From: a virus
Taxonomy: Duplodnaviria; Caudoviricetes
DNA length: 30,374 bases
Virus record (IMG/VR): IMGVR_UViG_3300043579_000029
Span: 1-30,374 of that record
Direction: 5' to 3' (one strand)
This document shows positions 21,631 through 30,374 of the stretch, in pieces. The translations under genes were made by a program, and so were the position numbers. How positions within the stretch are numbered: position 1 is the stretch's first letter; each line of letters starts with the position of its first letter. The notes beneath the pieces are model-generated. The model saw only the letters and a program-made list of their open reading frames with translations. It ran no database searches and was not told the DNA's origin.

Positions 21631-23903
21631 GGAGTTGTCTTAGGTTTAGGGGGTGGGGTATCACCGTATATGAGGTTATTCATAATCTGCTCTGGACCAT
21701 TAGGTTCAGTCTTAGTATTAGGAGTATATCCTAAAGCCTTCATAGTACTAAAGAGATATTGATTTATATTAGTAACACCATCTACCTGAGCTACAGTTTT
21801 AATGGATTCTAGACCACTATTAAGCCTATTGATTATACCAGATATATGAGATACTTGAGTATAAGAGAGTTGATTCTTACCTGCAGAAACAAAGGGGCGG
21901 TCTGGCAGATACCCTCTAGGTACCTCTCTCATCAAGTTTACATTCTTAAGAGCACCTACATCTACTCCCCAACGATGGTTCTCAGTATTCCAGGATATCT
22001 GTACGTTACTGGCAGTCTGGTAACTGGCCAAATCTAACAACTCTTTCTTAAAGAGTTCATTACCAAATGTCTGTGTAGTCCAGTTTTTGTACATCTCCCA
22101 GACCCCTGGATTTGTCTTATTTAGACGATGGACTTCTTCTGCTACTGCTCTGGTGGTTAGAGTCTGGAAAGCTTCTTCCTGGCCTGGATGACGCCTACCC
22201 TGTTCATCAGTGTATCCAGCTTTAATGAGAGATACAACTCCTACATTATTAGGATGGAAGGCTCCAATTATAGCATTTACTTTAGCTTGGTCTTTTGCAT
22301 CCTTGTCTGTAATGACTCTAGGAGCTTCACCTATAATTAGAGAATAGACCTGAGGATCTTTAATATTCTTCTGGGGACTCTGAAGATCCTGTATAGTAGC
22401 TTTAATTGTAGTGGGTACCCCAGTCTTAGGAGATCCAGAGGGTGCTGCAGGAGCATTAGGAAGTTCAGGCTGTCCACTTAACTTAAGTGCAAAGTCTTGA
22501 ATATACTGCTTAGCTTCGTCCTGTATGTTAGGCATTGAAGCTTGATAATAACTAAAGGTCTTCTCAACCATAGCAGGACCTCCAGCAGCAGTAGTTGCAG
22601 CCATAAGCCTATAGAACCCTGCAAGATTCTTATACTTAGTATCTGTATATATATCTCGGAGAGTATCTTGAGCTAGAGCAGCATTTCTATTAGCTGCATT
22701 GAAAGCTGGTCCATATTGCTTATTAACCATAAGCTCGCCTATTCGAGTAATAGCAGTAGCCTGTGCATCTATCTTTGCATTAGTCTCTGCTTCTCCGTAC
22801 AGTTGTGCATAAGAAGGTGAACCGTCCGGACCAGGAGTATGGTACAGTGTATGCAAACGTTGCTTTGCCAAGGCAGCTGTAGTCATTACAGCAGTACCTA
22901 ATCTCTGTCCTTCATCATCTGTCATAACAGACCTTCCAGATACATGATCTTTCAATCTATCTAGAGCTTTAATAGGAGACCCATCAGGTCCAGCTGTTTC
23001 TACAGCACTTAAGAAGCTCTGTATAACAGGGGGTCCATAAGCATCCATAGCCTTGCCAGCATATTCTGCATCATCCTTAGCAGTACCTTCTTTATCTTTA
23101 CGTTGTGCTGCTCGAAGAGTTAGATTTAATTCTGTCATCTTAGTAGGACCGATAGCCACCATAACATCTACTAGACCCTTCTTGCCAGCCATAATGTCTC
23201 TGGCTATATTAGCCATGTCAGGATGCCAGGAATTCTGTTCAGCTAAACTAAGAGCTTTATTACGGTCTGAATTAGAAGCAGCAGCATAAGTATTGATATC
23301 TTGAGTTAGATTATGCATATAAGCATTAGCTGGGTTTACTCCAGTAGCATGCTCGAATACCTTGTCTATCCAATCTCTATATCCAGGATACCTAGCTCTA
23401 AAGTCTTTCTGCATAGCAGCTAGCTTACCTGTATAAGCTGTCTCAGATATCTTGTTGTTAGCCCTAGCCCCTACTATCTGTGCAGCCATATTAGGAAGAC
23501 CTCTCAAGAAAGAAGGTACTTCTTGTACGGAAGTCTGGTTATTATCGTCCATAATATTAAGAGCAGGAGGACCAATAGCTTTACCAGTAACATCAGTACG
23601 TTGAGCTACATAAGCTCTACCTTGAGCTTGAGCTAATTGCTGTTCCCTAGCAGCAGTCTGATCTTTCTGTACTTCATCTACTTTAGCATGTATCTGATCT
23701 TTAACATCTTCTCTGACAACATAATCAGCAAACTTAACGGCTGAACCAGCTACATCTCCTATTCCAGTCAACAGAGCTTTTGTAGATAGATTTGCTTCTG
23801 GGGTAGATATAGGTTTAGATAGATTTAAGTAATGAGGATCATTTATCCTTTCAGGAGCAACTCCTGGATTAAAACCACTCATATCTTGTGTAGGATAAGC
23901 CAT
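21627..23903 (-). CDS. Internal virion/ejection protein (758 aa)
   Basis: Ala/Gln-rich helical protein; position in the ejection-protein cluster. Confidence 0.65.
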   Translation of the reverse strand: MAYPTQDMSGFNPGVAPERINDPHYLNLSKPISTPEANLSTKALLTGIGDVAGSAVKFADYVVREDVKDQIHAKVDEVQKDQTAAREQQLAQAQGRAYVAQRTDVTGKAIGPPALNIMDDNNQTSVQEVPSFLRGLPNMAAQIVGARANNKISETAYTGKLAAMQKDFRARYPGYRDWIDKVFEHATGVNPANAYMHNLTQDINTYAAASNSDRNKALSLAEQNSWHPDMANIARDIMAGKKGLVDVMVAIGPTKMTELNLTLRAAQRKDKEGTAKDDAEYAGKAMDAYGPPVIQSFLSAVETAGPDGSPIKALDRLKDHVSGRSVMTDDEGQRLGTAVMTTAALAKQRLHTLYHTPGPDGSPSYAQLYGEAETNAKIDAQATAITRIGELMVNKQYGPAFNAANRNAALAQDTLRDIYTDTKYKNLAGFYRLMAATTAAGGPAMVEKTFSYYQASMPNIQDEAKQYIQDFALKLSGQPELPNAPAAPSGSPKTGVPTTIKATIQDLQSPQKNIKDPQVYSLIIGEAPRVITDKDAKDQAKVNAIIGAFHPNNVGVVSLIKAGYTDEQGRRHPGQEEAFQTLTTRAVAEEVHRLNKTNPGVWEMYKNWTTQTFGNELFKKELLDLASYQTASNVQISWNTENHRWGVDVGALKNVNLMREVPRGYLPDRPFVSAGKNQLSYTQVSHISGIINRLNSGLESIKTVAQVDGVTNINQYLFSTMKALGYTPNTKTEPNGPEQIMNNLIYGDTPPPKPKTTP

Positions 23904-23906
23904 GTA

Positions 23907-26900
23907 TTACTGTCCTTGTCTTTGTATTGTTCCCCAAGCCTTAAGCTTGCCTTCTTTCGCAGCACGAGGGACTTGCTCTAAGTAGAATTTATGATCTTGT
24001 CTAACTATAAGACTCTTGCTCTGATCCGAGGCTAGACCTACTAACATAGAACGCTTTTCATCTGGAAACCCACTGATCTCTAACCAAGTCTGAGCTCGCT
24101 TCAAGAAATTATGTCTTTGTTCAGGATCGTTAGCTGCACCCGCCATCCATGCACGCTGCATCTCTTTCAAGTATTGCTTAGTAGCATACTTCTCTAATTC
24201 TTCTTTGTTCTTGAGAGACCAGGTCATTATGGATGTATCTTCTATTCTTTGAGACTGTAGCCCAGTAGCATACATAAATAGAGCTTGAGTAGTAGGCACG
24301 TCTGTCTGCATCAAGGTTTCATTCCTAGACATATACCTACCTGTTTGTACTGCAGCATAAGCTCTCATACCATTACTGACACTAGCTATCTGCTTCAAGG
24401 GAGCCATGAAGTCATTAGGAGTAAGTGGGAATGATTTACCATCTCCACGGATCATAGAGCCCATGGCTGTTCTAAAGCCATCTCCTGCCTCCCACATTCC
24501 TGAGAGAGTGCTCCAAGAAGCACCACCAAAGAGTCTCCACCAAGGTTTGTCTCCTACGAGAACTTCACGTATCTGATCGAATCCAGGAGCACCTAGACGA
24601 TGGCCTATGTTCAGGTAAGTTCCTTTAGAAAGATCTCCTTTGCCTGTAATTAGTCCTATTGTTAGAGAAGGAATGCCTTCCATGATTGCTGTCTGATACC
24701 ATTTATCTCCTACTACGTAGTTATTCTCCAAGGCATACTTACGGAGTATATCTCCGAAAGGAATACCAGAGATTCCAAATGTAGTTGGGATACCAAACAG
24801 ACTTCCATAGGTAGTCAGAAGTCTAGCTCTTTCTTGCCAGGTAAGACGTTTACCTGTGAACTGTTCCATAAGGCGTAGCTGGTAAGAGAGGAACTGAGTA
24901 GGGATAGAAGCTATACCATCTTGCCATGTAGCCCGAGAAGCCTTGGACATATTGCCAGAGAGCATCTCTGCTCGTTCGAATATCTGGCCTAGTTCTTCAT
25001 CAGTTACACGACCAGTAGGATGAGCTTTCCAGTTCATCTTACCACCCCCGCCATCTCTAAATTCCCTATAGGCAGTATACCAAGCACCATAACGCATGTT
25101 ACGTTCAGCACCTCTGAAGAAGAGAGTACCTGCATCTAAGAAGTCATGTCCTACGCTTGAAACTACCTTAGGAGTCATACCATGGTCTACTAGAGCATGT
25201 TCTTGACCTACATTCTCAAAGCCAGTTCTCTTTAAGAGTTCCATAGCTTCTTTGAACTCTCCAGGTCTCCATCTAGGACCCCCTAGGTTAAGCTTAGAAG
25301 CCCAACGGTCTGCAGCATCCAGCATACTAGGATTAATTCTAGTCCATTGATGCAATAGAGCACCATATGCTCCTGTAGTAGCAAATCTAGGACCTGCTAT
25401 ACCTGCAATAGTTGCATAGGTCATGCTCTGTACTAGTATTTGTACATGAGAGAATAGACCGATAGTAGAATGGTAGGCCAGTGATCTGAAGAAGTCTACA
25501 GGATCAGTAGCTCTAGCTAATGCCCATGAAGGCAATAACTTAACTGTACTAGGAGATCTCATAGCTCCTATTAGACCTGTAGAGCCAGCCTTGCCCCAGT
25601 CAAAGGTTTCATGAGGAGTAGCTGGTCCATACTTACTATAAATGGAGTCAGCTAAGTTCTGAGACATAGAATGAAGTTCAGCTTGAGTTCTGCTAGGAAT
25701 ACCATAGAACTGCCGTATCTTCATCCAGTCATTAAGGAATGCATTCTTTACATTTTCAGGAGTACCTGACTTCCAATCAGGATTATTAAAGTGGTAGAAA
25801 GGAGAATGCCTGAGCTCTGGTTCCCCACCTTTTACATTTAAGAATTTCTTAGCACTCTCTAACCAATGTTCTACAGCAAATATCTTATAGTCATCCATGA
25901 ATGTACTATTAGTAATCTTAGAGAGAGCTCTATTCATAGTAGTAATTGGGTCTACAAACTCTGCATGTTCATACCCATAGAGAGGATTATGGCGAGTACC
26001 TTTATCATTTATAGTAAAGATTTCAAAAGCATCTCTCTCTCCAGTATACTCAACTTGATACTGTCTAGCTAGAGATCCTCTGCGAGTACCATCTCTGAAA
26101 GTATCTCCATACCTCTTCATTAACTCATTGTCCATGTCTCCAATAAGTCTGTTTTTATCTGTAACTCGAATAGGCTCATTAACACTAAGACGAGGAGCTA
26201 TCTTCTGACCATTAGGTCCTATAGTTCCATCATACCAGCTTCTATGCTCCCTCCATGGAATAGGAAGTTCCTTGCCAGCTAATTCAGCAGCAGCTTCATC
26301 TCCACGTTGTAGATGTAGACGAACTACGTCCATCTTCTCAGCTACATCACGAGCCATCTTTCTATTCATCATAGGCATGATGGTAGTATCTCCTTCATAC
26401 CAATTGTGGAATTGCCCGGAGATATTCTGTTCTCTTACCTTAGCTTGTTTGATATAGTGATCGTAATCATATTCAATGTGTCCGCCTCCCCTACGGGGGA
26501 TCTGGTCAAATGATATTGGTTTAGTCTCCATCGAAGGTGATAGGACGTACCTGATTCGCTTACCTTGTATCTCATTACCGAAGCCTTCGAGAGGCCTGGT
26601 CTCAGGATCATAGATTTCTACTAACTTGTATCTACCCTCCTTGACACCTTCAGTTAAATCTTTCTGAAATCTAGCATCCATGGTAGAAGAAGTAAGAACT
26701 ACTTTCTCATCTCCTACATATCTGCCTGTAATCAGTACAGTGTCATCCCCTCCAGGGAACGTTGTTCTACGTACTCCACTGAAAAAGGGAGAAGCTACTC
26801 GCTCACCAGTCTTAGGGTCAAGAAGAGAGAAACTATGGGACTCTGCACCTACTCTGCTCATGTTCCTATAGAGAGCTATGTTACGTAACATACGGTCCAT

Positions 26901-29135
26901 TTCAATGTTACGCTTGAATGCGAAGTAAGCTTCTATCTCAGAAGCATCAGGCATACGCTTGAAGTTCTGTTGATAGAATGTTTCTAATTGCCCAGGGCTT
27001 TCAAAGAAGTATCCCTTCTTTCCATCAGGGCCTACTATGTTCCTACCTTCTCTAATAGTACGTTCCCAGTCTCTCCAATTACCCCAGTTCTGGTAGACTT
27101 CATAGAAGTCTTTGCCACGAAAACGAGAGTATGTATCTCTAATCTGTTTAGAATTCTGTTTAGCTATATCCATTAAAACAGAAGCAGTATAGGTAGCAAT
27201 CTTACGATTGATACGCTGGTCTAGAGATAACGTCTCATCTGGTGTACGGAGACGGCCTAGAGTAGATGCCAGCCAGCTGTCAGGTGTCTTAGCATTCTTA
27301 GTTGCTAACAAACCATCCCTTATAATATCTTGTGTCTCGTCTAGAGGCTTGATTACTTCAACGTAGAAACCCATTCCATGGGATTTTACATTAGCATTAG
27401 CTATGCCATTGAGATCAGCAAATGCCCTAGCAGCTTCAGGAGTATGCCAGTACTCACCTGTGAACTCTCCTATGCGAATAGGGATATGCCAGGTATTAGT
27501 AGCCTTAATCTTAAATGGATCTCCTACTTCCAAGATAGAATTATGTAGACCAGGGAACTGCCCTCTAACTTCATCCTTAAGAGATTGAATAGCAGACTTA
27601 GTAGCCATGATGGCTGGTATACGCTGTACTCTTGCGATTTCTTGAATCGCCTTCATAAACTGGCCTTCAAACCGATCGTAAGCTTCAGTTATTCTATTTA
27701 CTATCTCCCTGCCATATCTCCCAGGGTCAGCTGCAATCTGAACCTTATCTGCTCTCAAAGCAGAGGGAAGAGCTTCTAAGATCTCTTTTACCTGATCAGC
27801 TCCTGTAGAAGTACCAGATACCTTAGATACAATATTAGCAGTTACCTTCTCTACAGCAGCTGTCTCTAAGTCTCCTGCTCCTGAAGCAGCAGCTACTCTA
27901 ATAGGTTGATGGGCCTCCATCTCACCTGAATCTACGAAAGCTCTGTACATATCTGACGATACGTCTGGATGAGGAGGCTCTTCTATTACTGTTCTTGCTC
28001 TAGCTGTTCCAGTACCAGAAGGCCAGTATCCTTCTCCTTGTCCTTGAGGACCAAAGGTAGTCTCATCAAGCTGAGCTCTTAAAGTACCGGGCATCCCAAA
28101 GGCTTCACCTTCTTTAGGTAAAGTACCTGTAGGCATTGGGAAAGGATCCTCTTTAGGAACAGGATCAGTAGCTTCTAGAGACTTAATCAAGTCTTTCTTA
28201 GCTTGACGGTCCATATTAATTAGTTTAAGTCTGTTGAATACTCTTTTAGCAACAGGACCAAGAACAGTTAAATCTAGGATAGTGAACAGATCGTTAACAA
28301 CACCTTCGCTAGTAGATTGTCCTACCATTGCTTCTAAGAAAGCATGAGCAACGACAGGATTATCTTTCTTTAAGTTCTCATGGATAGTATCTACGAGATC
28401 TATGAACTCTTTGTTATTCTTTCTGAAGAGTTCTCTAGACTGATCTTCCAGATTCATCCCTAAGAGTCCCTTAAGCATATTGACCCCAGGAACATTATCT
28501 CTCATCATCAATTCATAATAGAAAGGAACCAGCGTCTTAGCTTGTTGACCTACCCAAGGAAGCCAACCCATCTTGCTTACTTCTTGTCCAGCAAGCTCTT
28601 TCTTGTTTATGAGATACTGACGTTTAGTTATTAAATCTGAAGCTACATTATCAGTAGCTTGTACATACTGAGGAATCTCTCTCTGGGCATCTTGCAACCA
28701 AGAGCCATAGTTATCCTTACGGACCCAGCCCATAGTATCTAAATACTTCTGAGCGAAAGCTTGTTCAAAGACACTCTTAGGATCAGTAAAAGACTTGTTT
28801 ACTTCTATCTGCTTACCTACATAGTCTACTTCCTCTCTAGTTAAGGAGCCTCCCTTACGTTTAGCCACTCCTAGAAGAGTTTGTTCTAGTTGAGTATTTC
28901 TATTAAGATCCATCTCCATAGCAGTACGTTTACGAAGACTTTCTTCGTTACCGTTGACTATCTCTTGGAATATCTCTTGATGGGACTTACCTAAGATACC
29001 AGATAGACCATACTGCGCACGTACAGCCCTGTGAGAGGCTATGTCCGGTGGTACAAAGGTACCTGCTCCTCCTATGTCAATGCTGACCTGAGGAAGAGGT
29101 TCTTGTGCTGTATTATCTATTGATACTGGTTCCAT
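23907..29135 (-). CDS. Large internal virion/ejection protein (1742 aa)
   Basis: Size and position after the tail tube and small ejection genes; C-terminal PTQFLSY..R..E region resembling podoviral large ejection proteins. Confidence 0.75.
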   Translation of the reverse strand: MEPVSIDNTAQEPLPQVSIDIGGAGTFVPPDIASHRAVRAQYGLSGILGKSHQEIFQEIVNGNEESLRKRTAMEMDLNRNTQLEQTLLGVAKRKGGSLTREEVDYVGKQIEVNKSFTDPKSVFEQAFAQKYLDTMGWVRKDNYGSWLQDAQREIPQYVQATDNVASDLITKRQYLINKKELAGQEVSKMGWLPWVGQQAKTLVPFYYELMMRDNVPGVNMLKGLLGMNLEDQSRELFRKNNKEFIDLVDTIHENLKKDNPVVAHAFLEAMVGQSTSEGVVNDLFTILDLTVLGPVAKRVFNRLKLINMDRQAKKDLIKSLEATDPVPKEDPFPMPTGTLPKEGEAFGMPGTLRAQLDETTFGPQGQGEGYWPSGTGTARARTVIEEPPHPDVSSDMYRAFVDSGEMEAHQPIRVAAASGAGDLETAAVEKVTANIVSKVSGTSTGADQVKEILEALPSALRADKVQIAADPGRYGREIVNRITEAYDRFEGQFMKAIQEIARVQRIPAIMATKSAIQSLKDEVRGQFPGLHNSILEVGDPFKIKATNTWHIPIRIGEFTGEYWHTPEAARAFADLNGIANANVKSHGMGFYVEVIKPLDETQDIIRDGLLATKNAKTPDSWLASTLGRLRTPDETLSLDQRINRKIATYTASVLMDIAKQNSKQIRDTYSRFRGKDFYEVYQNWGNWRDWERTIREGRNIVGPDGKKGYFFESPGQLETFYQQNFKRMPDASEIEAYFAFKRNIEMDRMLRNIALYRNMSRVGAESHSFSLLDPKTGERVASPFFSGVRRTTFPGGDDTVLITGRYVGDEKVVLTSSTMDARFQKDLTEGVKEGRYKLVEIYDPETRPLEGFGNEIQGKRIRYVLSPSMETKPISFDQIPRRGGGHIEYDYDHYIKQAKVREQNISGQFHNWYEGDTTIMPMMNRKMARDVAEKMDVVRLHLQRGDEAAAELAGKELPIPWREHRSWYDGTIGPNGQKIAPRLSVNEPIRVTDKNRLIGDMDNELMKRYGDTFRDGTRRGSLARQYQVEYTGERDAFEIFTINDKGTRHNPLYGYEHAEFVDPITTMNRALSKITNSTFMDDYKIFAVEHWLESAKKFLNVKGGEPELRHSPFYHFNNPDWKSGTPENVKNAFLNDWMKIRQFYGIPSRTQAELHSMSQNLADSIYSKYGPATPHETFDWGKAGSTGLIGAMRSPSTVKLLPSWALARATDPVDFFRSLAYHSTIGLFSHVQILVQSMTYATIAGIAGPRFATTGAYGALLHQWTRINPSMLDAADRWASKLNLGGPRWRPGEFKEAMELLKRTGFENVGQEHALVDHGMTPKVVSSVGHDFLDAGTLFFRGAERNMRYGAWYTAYREFRDGGGGKMNWKAHPTGRVTDEELGQIFERAEMLSGNMSKASRATWQDGIASIPTQFLSYQLRLMEQFTGKRLTWQERARLLTTYGSLFGIPTTFGISGIPFGDILRKYALENNYVVGDKWYQTAIMEGIPSLTIGLITGKGDLSKGTYLNIGHRLGAPGFDQIREVLVGDKPWWRLFGGASWSTLSGMWEAGDGFRTAMGSMIRGDGKSFPLTPNDFMAPLKQIASVSNGMRAYAAVQTGRYMSRNETLMQTDVPTTQALFMYATGLQSQRIEDTSIMTWSLKNKEELEKYATKQYLKEMQRAWMAGAANDPEQRHNFLKRAQTWLEISGFPDEKRSMLVGLASDQSKSLIVRQDHKFYLEQVPRAAKEGKLKAWGTIQRQGQ

Positions 29136-29657
29136 TTATGCTTCTTGACTTCCTGCGTTCCAGCCACCTTTTCCTAGAGCTCTAGCAGCTGGGATAGCTC
29201 CTAGTATATCTCCACCAAGAGAGGACCATCCTTGTCCTGTAGCTAGGCTACTCTTAGCCCTAGACTCAGCAATTCTAGATTGAGAGATCATAGCGCTAAG
29301 ACCAAAGTTCTCTCTGCCTAATCCTAGATTCTGTGCTATGCCTAGAAGATTTACGCCAGACTGTCCAGATATCTGACCATACCCACCTGCAAGACCAGAA
29401 CCAAACTGAGCTCCTTTTCCTGCAGCATTAGTAAGAGCAAGAGACCTAGCTCTCTGAGCAGCTCTAAACTCTTCCATTGTCTTACGTCTAGCGTCTAATT
29501 CCATGGCTTGTCTACGTAAAGCTTCTTGTCGTTGTTCTAATGCTATTTGCTGTTGCTGAGCTGCATATACTTCTTTAGATGCTCCGTAGGACTGTTGAGC
29601 TCCGAAGAGCTTCATTCCTAATCCAGCTACACCTAGTCCTATTGTAAGAGGATCCAT
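29136..29657 (-). CDS. Small internal virion/ejection protein (gp14-like)
   Basis: MDPLTIGLGVAGLG N-terminus, Gln/Ala coiled coil, Gly/Ser-rich tail. Confidence 0.75.
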   Translation of the reverse strand: MDPLTIGLGVAGLGMKLFGAQQSYGASKEVYAAQQQQIALEQRQEALRRQAMELDARRKTMEEFRAAQRARSLALTNAAGKGAQFGSGLAGGYGQISGQSGVNLLGIAQNLGLGRENFGLSAMISQSRIAESRAKSSLATGQGWSSLGGDILGAIPAARALGKGGWNAGSQEA

Positions 29658-29660
29658 TAT

Positions 29661-30374
29661 TTATACACTCGCATTAGAAGTCTCCATTACGCTCCAGCCC
29701 ATGATGTCAAATGGACTACCATCTACTGAAGCCACCTTAAATTGCAGGACTAGTCCATGTCCTCTTATCCTATGTCTACGAAATGCTTTATCATATAGAG
29801 AAGTATTAATATTAGCTGTCTGGGGTACAGAGTACCTACCTGAGTTAGGATTTATAGCATAGTCCCATATGCCTTGTATCTTATATGAAGTATCTTCATC
29901 ATTCCTAGAGAATACATTCACATATGTAGGTTGAAACTTAAACAAAGCTTTACCGTGTACCTTATACCCAGTTGTGAAATCACTTACATAATTAAAGGCA
30001 TCCCCAGTAATTGAGTTCCAGTCTACATAAAGAGGATCGTATTCCTCTGCAAATGTAAAGTCATATGAACCTCCGTTTACATTAGAAGCAATATACTTGA
30101 ATGTAGGATCAGGTGTAGCACTGCCTCCTGGACCTACGATATAATTAACAGAATGTATATGAGGAGTACCGGTAATAGTCCAAGGATAAAAAGCTTTAGA
30201 ATTAGTATTAAAATTGAGTACTTTGTTGAATTCATACCTAGTTGTGACATTACTTTCCTCTGTATCTCTATATACCCATTGAACAACATCTCCAATAGGA
30301 TCATGGTCTCCCCTAGCATATTTCTTACTAGACAGAGGGATGTCTTCATAGAAAGTAGATATTGTATTTGTAGT
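29661..30374 (-). CDS. Tail tubular (nozzle/stabilization) protein, C-terminal part, runs off right edge
   Basis: Frame is open from the right edge to 29661 (…QWVY…KVLNFNTNSKAFYPW…YVDW…FTTGY…RIRGHGLVLQFK…FDIMGWS); immediately upstream of the ejection genes. Confidence 0.8.
   Translation of the reverse strand, partial: TTNTISTFYEDIPLSSKKYARGDHDPIGDVVQWVYRDTEESNVTTRYEFNKVLNFNTNSKAFYPWTITGTPHIHSVNYIVGPGGSATPDPTFKYIASNVNGGSYDFTFAEEYDPLYVDWNSITGDAFNYVSDFTTGYKVHGKALFKFQPTYVNVFSRNDEDTSYKIQGIWDYAINPNSGRYSVPQTANINTSLYDKAFRRHRIRGHGLVLQFKVASVDGSPFDIMGWSVMETSNASV

Noticed and set aside
19556-27779. + strand ORFs within the structural arm
   Set aside because: Antisense shadows of long - strand genes
29661-30349. 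ORF-track calls 29661-29945 (94 aa) and 30134-30349 as separate genes
   Set aside because: The first is the tail of a frame open to the right edge; the second is an out-of-frame overlap of it
1-30374. Stop-codon reassignment suggested by abundant TAG trinucleotides
   Set aside because: All conserved genes are full length under the standard code, and TAG is used as a normal stop (for example 4343, 13598, 18905)

Overview
About 30 kb of a lytic podovirus genome with T7-superfamily replication genes and no RNA polymerase in the window. The two-arm layout resembles SIO1/cobavirus (Zobellviridae) phages. The + strand arm (2164-18905) is driven by sigma70-type promoters. It carries early hypothetical genes, a degenerate class II glutamine amidotransferase and gamma-glutamyl cyclotransferase pair, primase-helicase, uracil-DNA glycosylase, family A DNA polymerase, gp2.5-like SSB, a PD-(D/E)XK exonuclease, endonuclease I and two HNH-type genes. 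The - strand arm (19018 to the right edge) carries a tail tubular protein, three internal virion/ejection proteins, an LPD23+zincin polyvalent protein and an M15-like endolysin. The arms converge on a terminator at about 18956-18994. A divergent region at about 1600-2110 holds a phased repeat array. The most striking element is a ~1.1 kb densely structured non-coding region between ssb and the exonuclease (13608-14661). It contains a tmRNA/tRNA-like domain, a pseudoknot with a 12-bp long-range alternative partner and several multibranch domains. Two stand-alone RanBP2-type zinc-finger microproteins are absent from the ORF track. All assignments come from reading motifs and base pairings by eye; no searches or folding computations were run.
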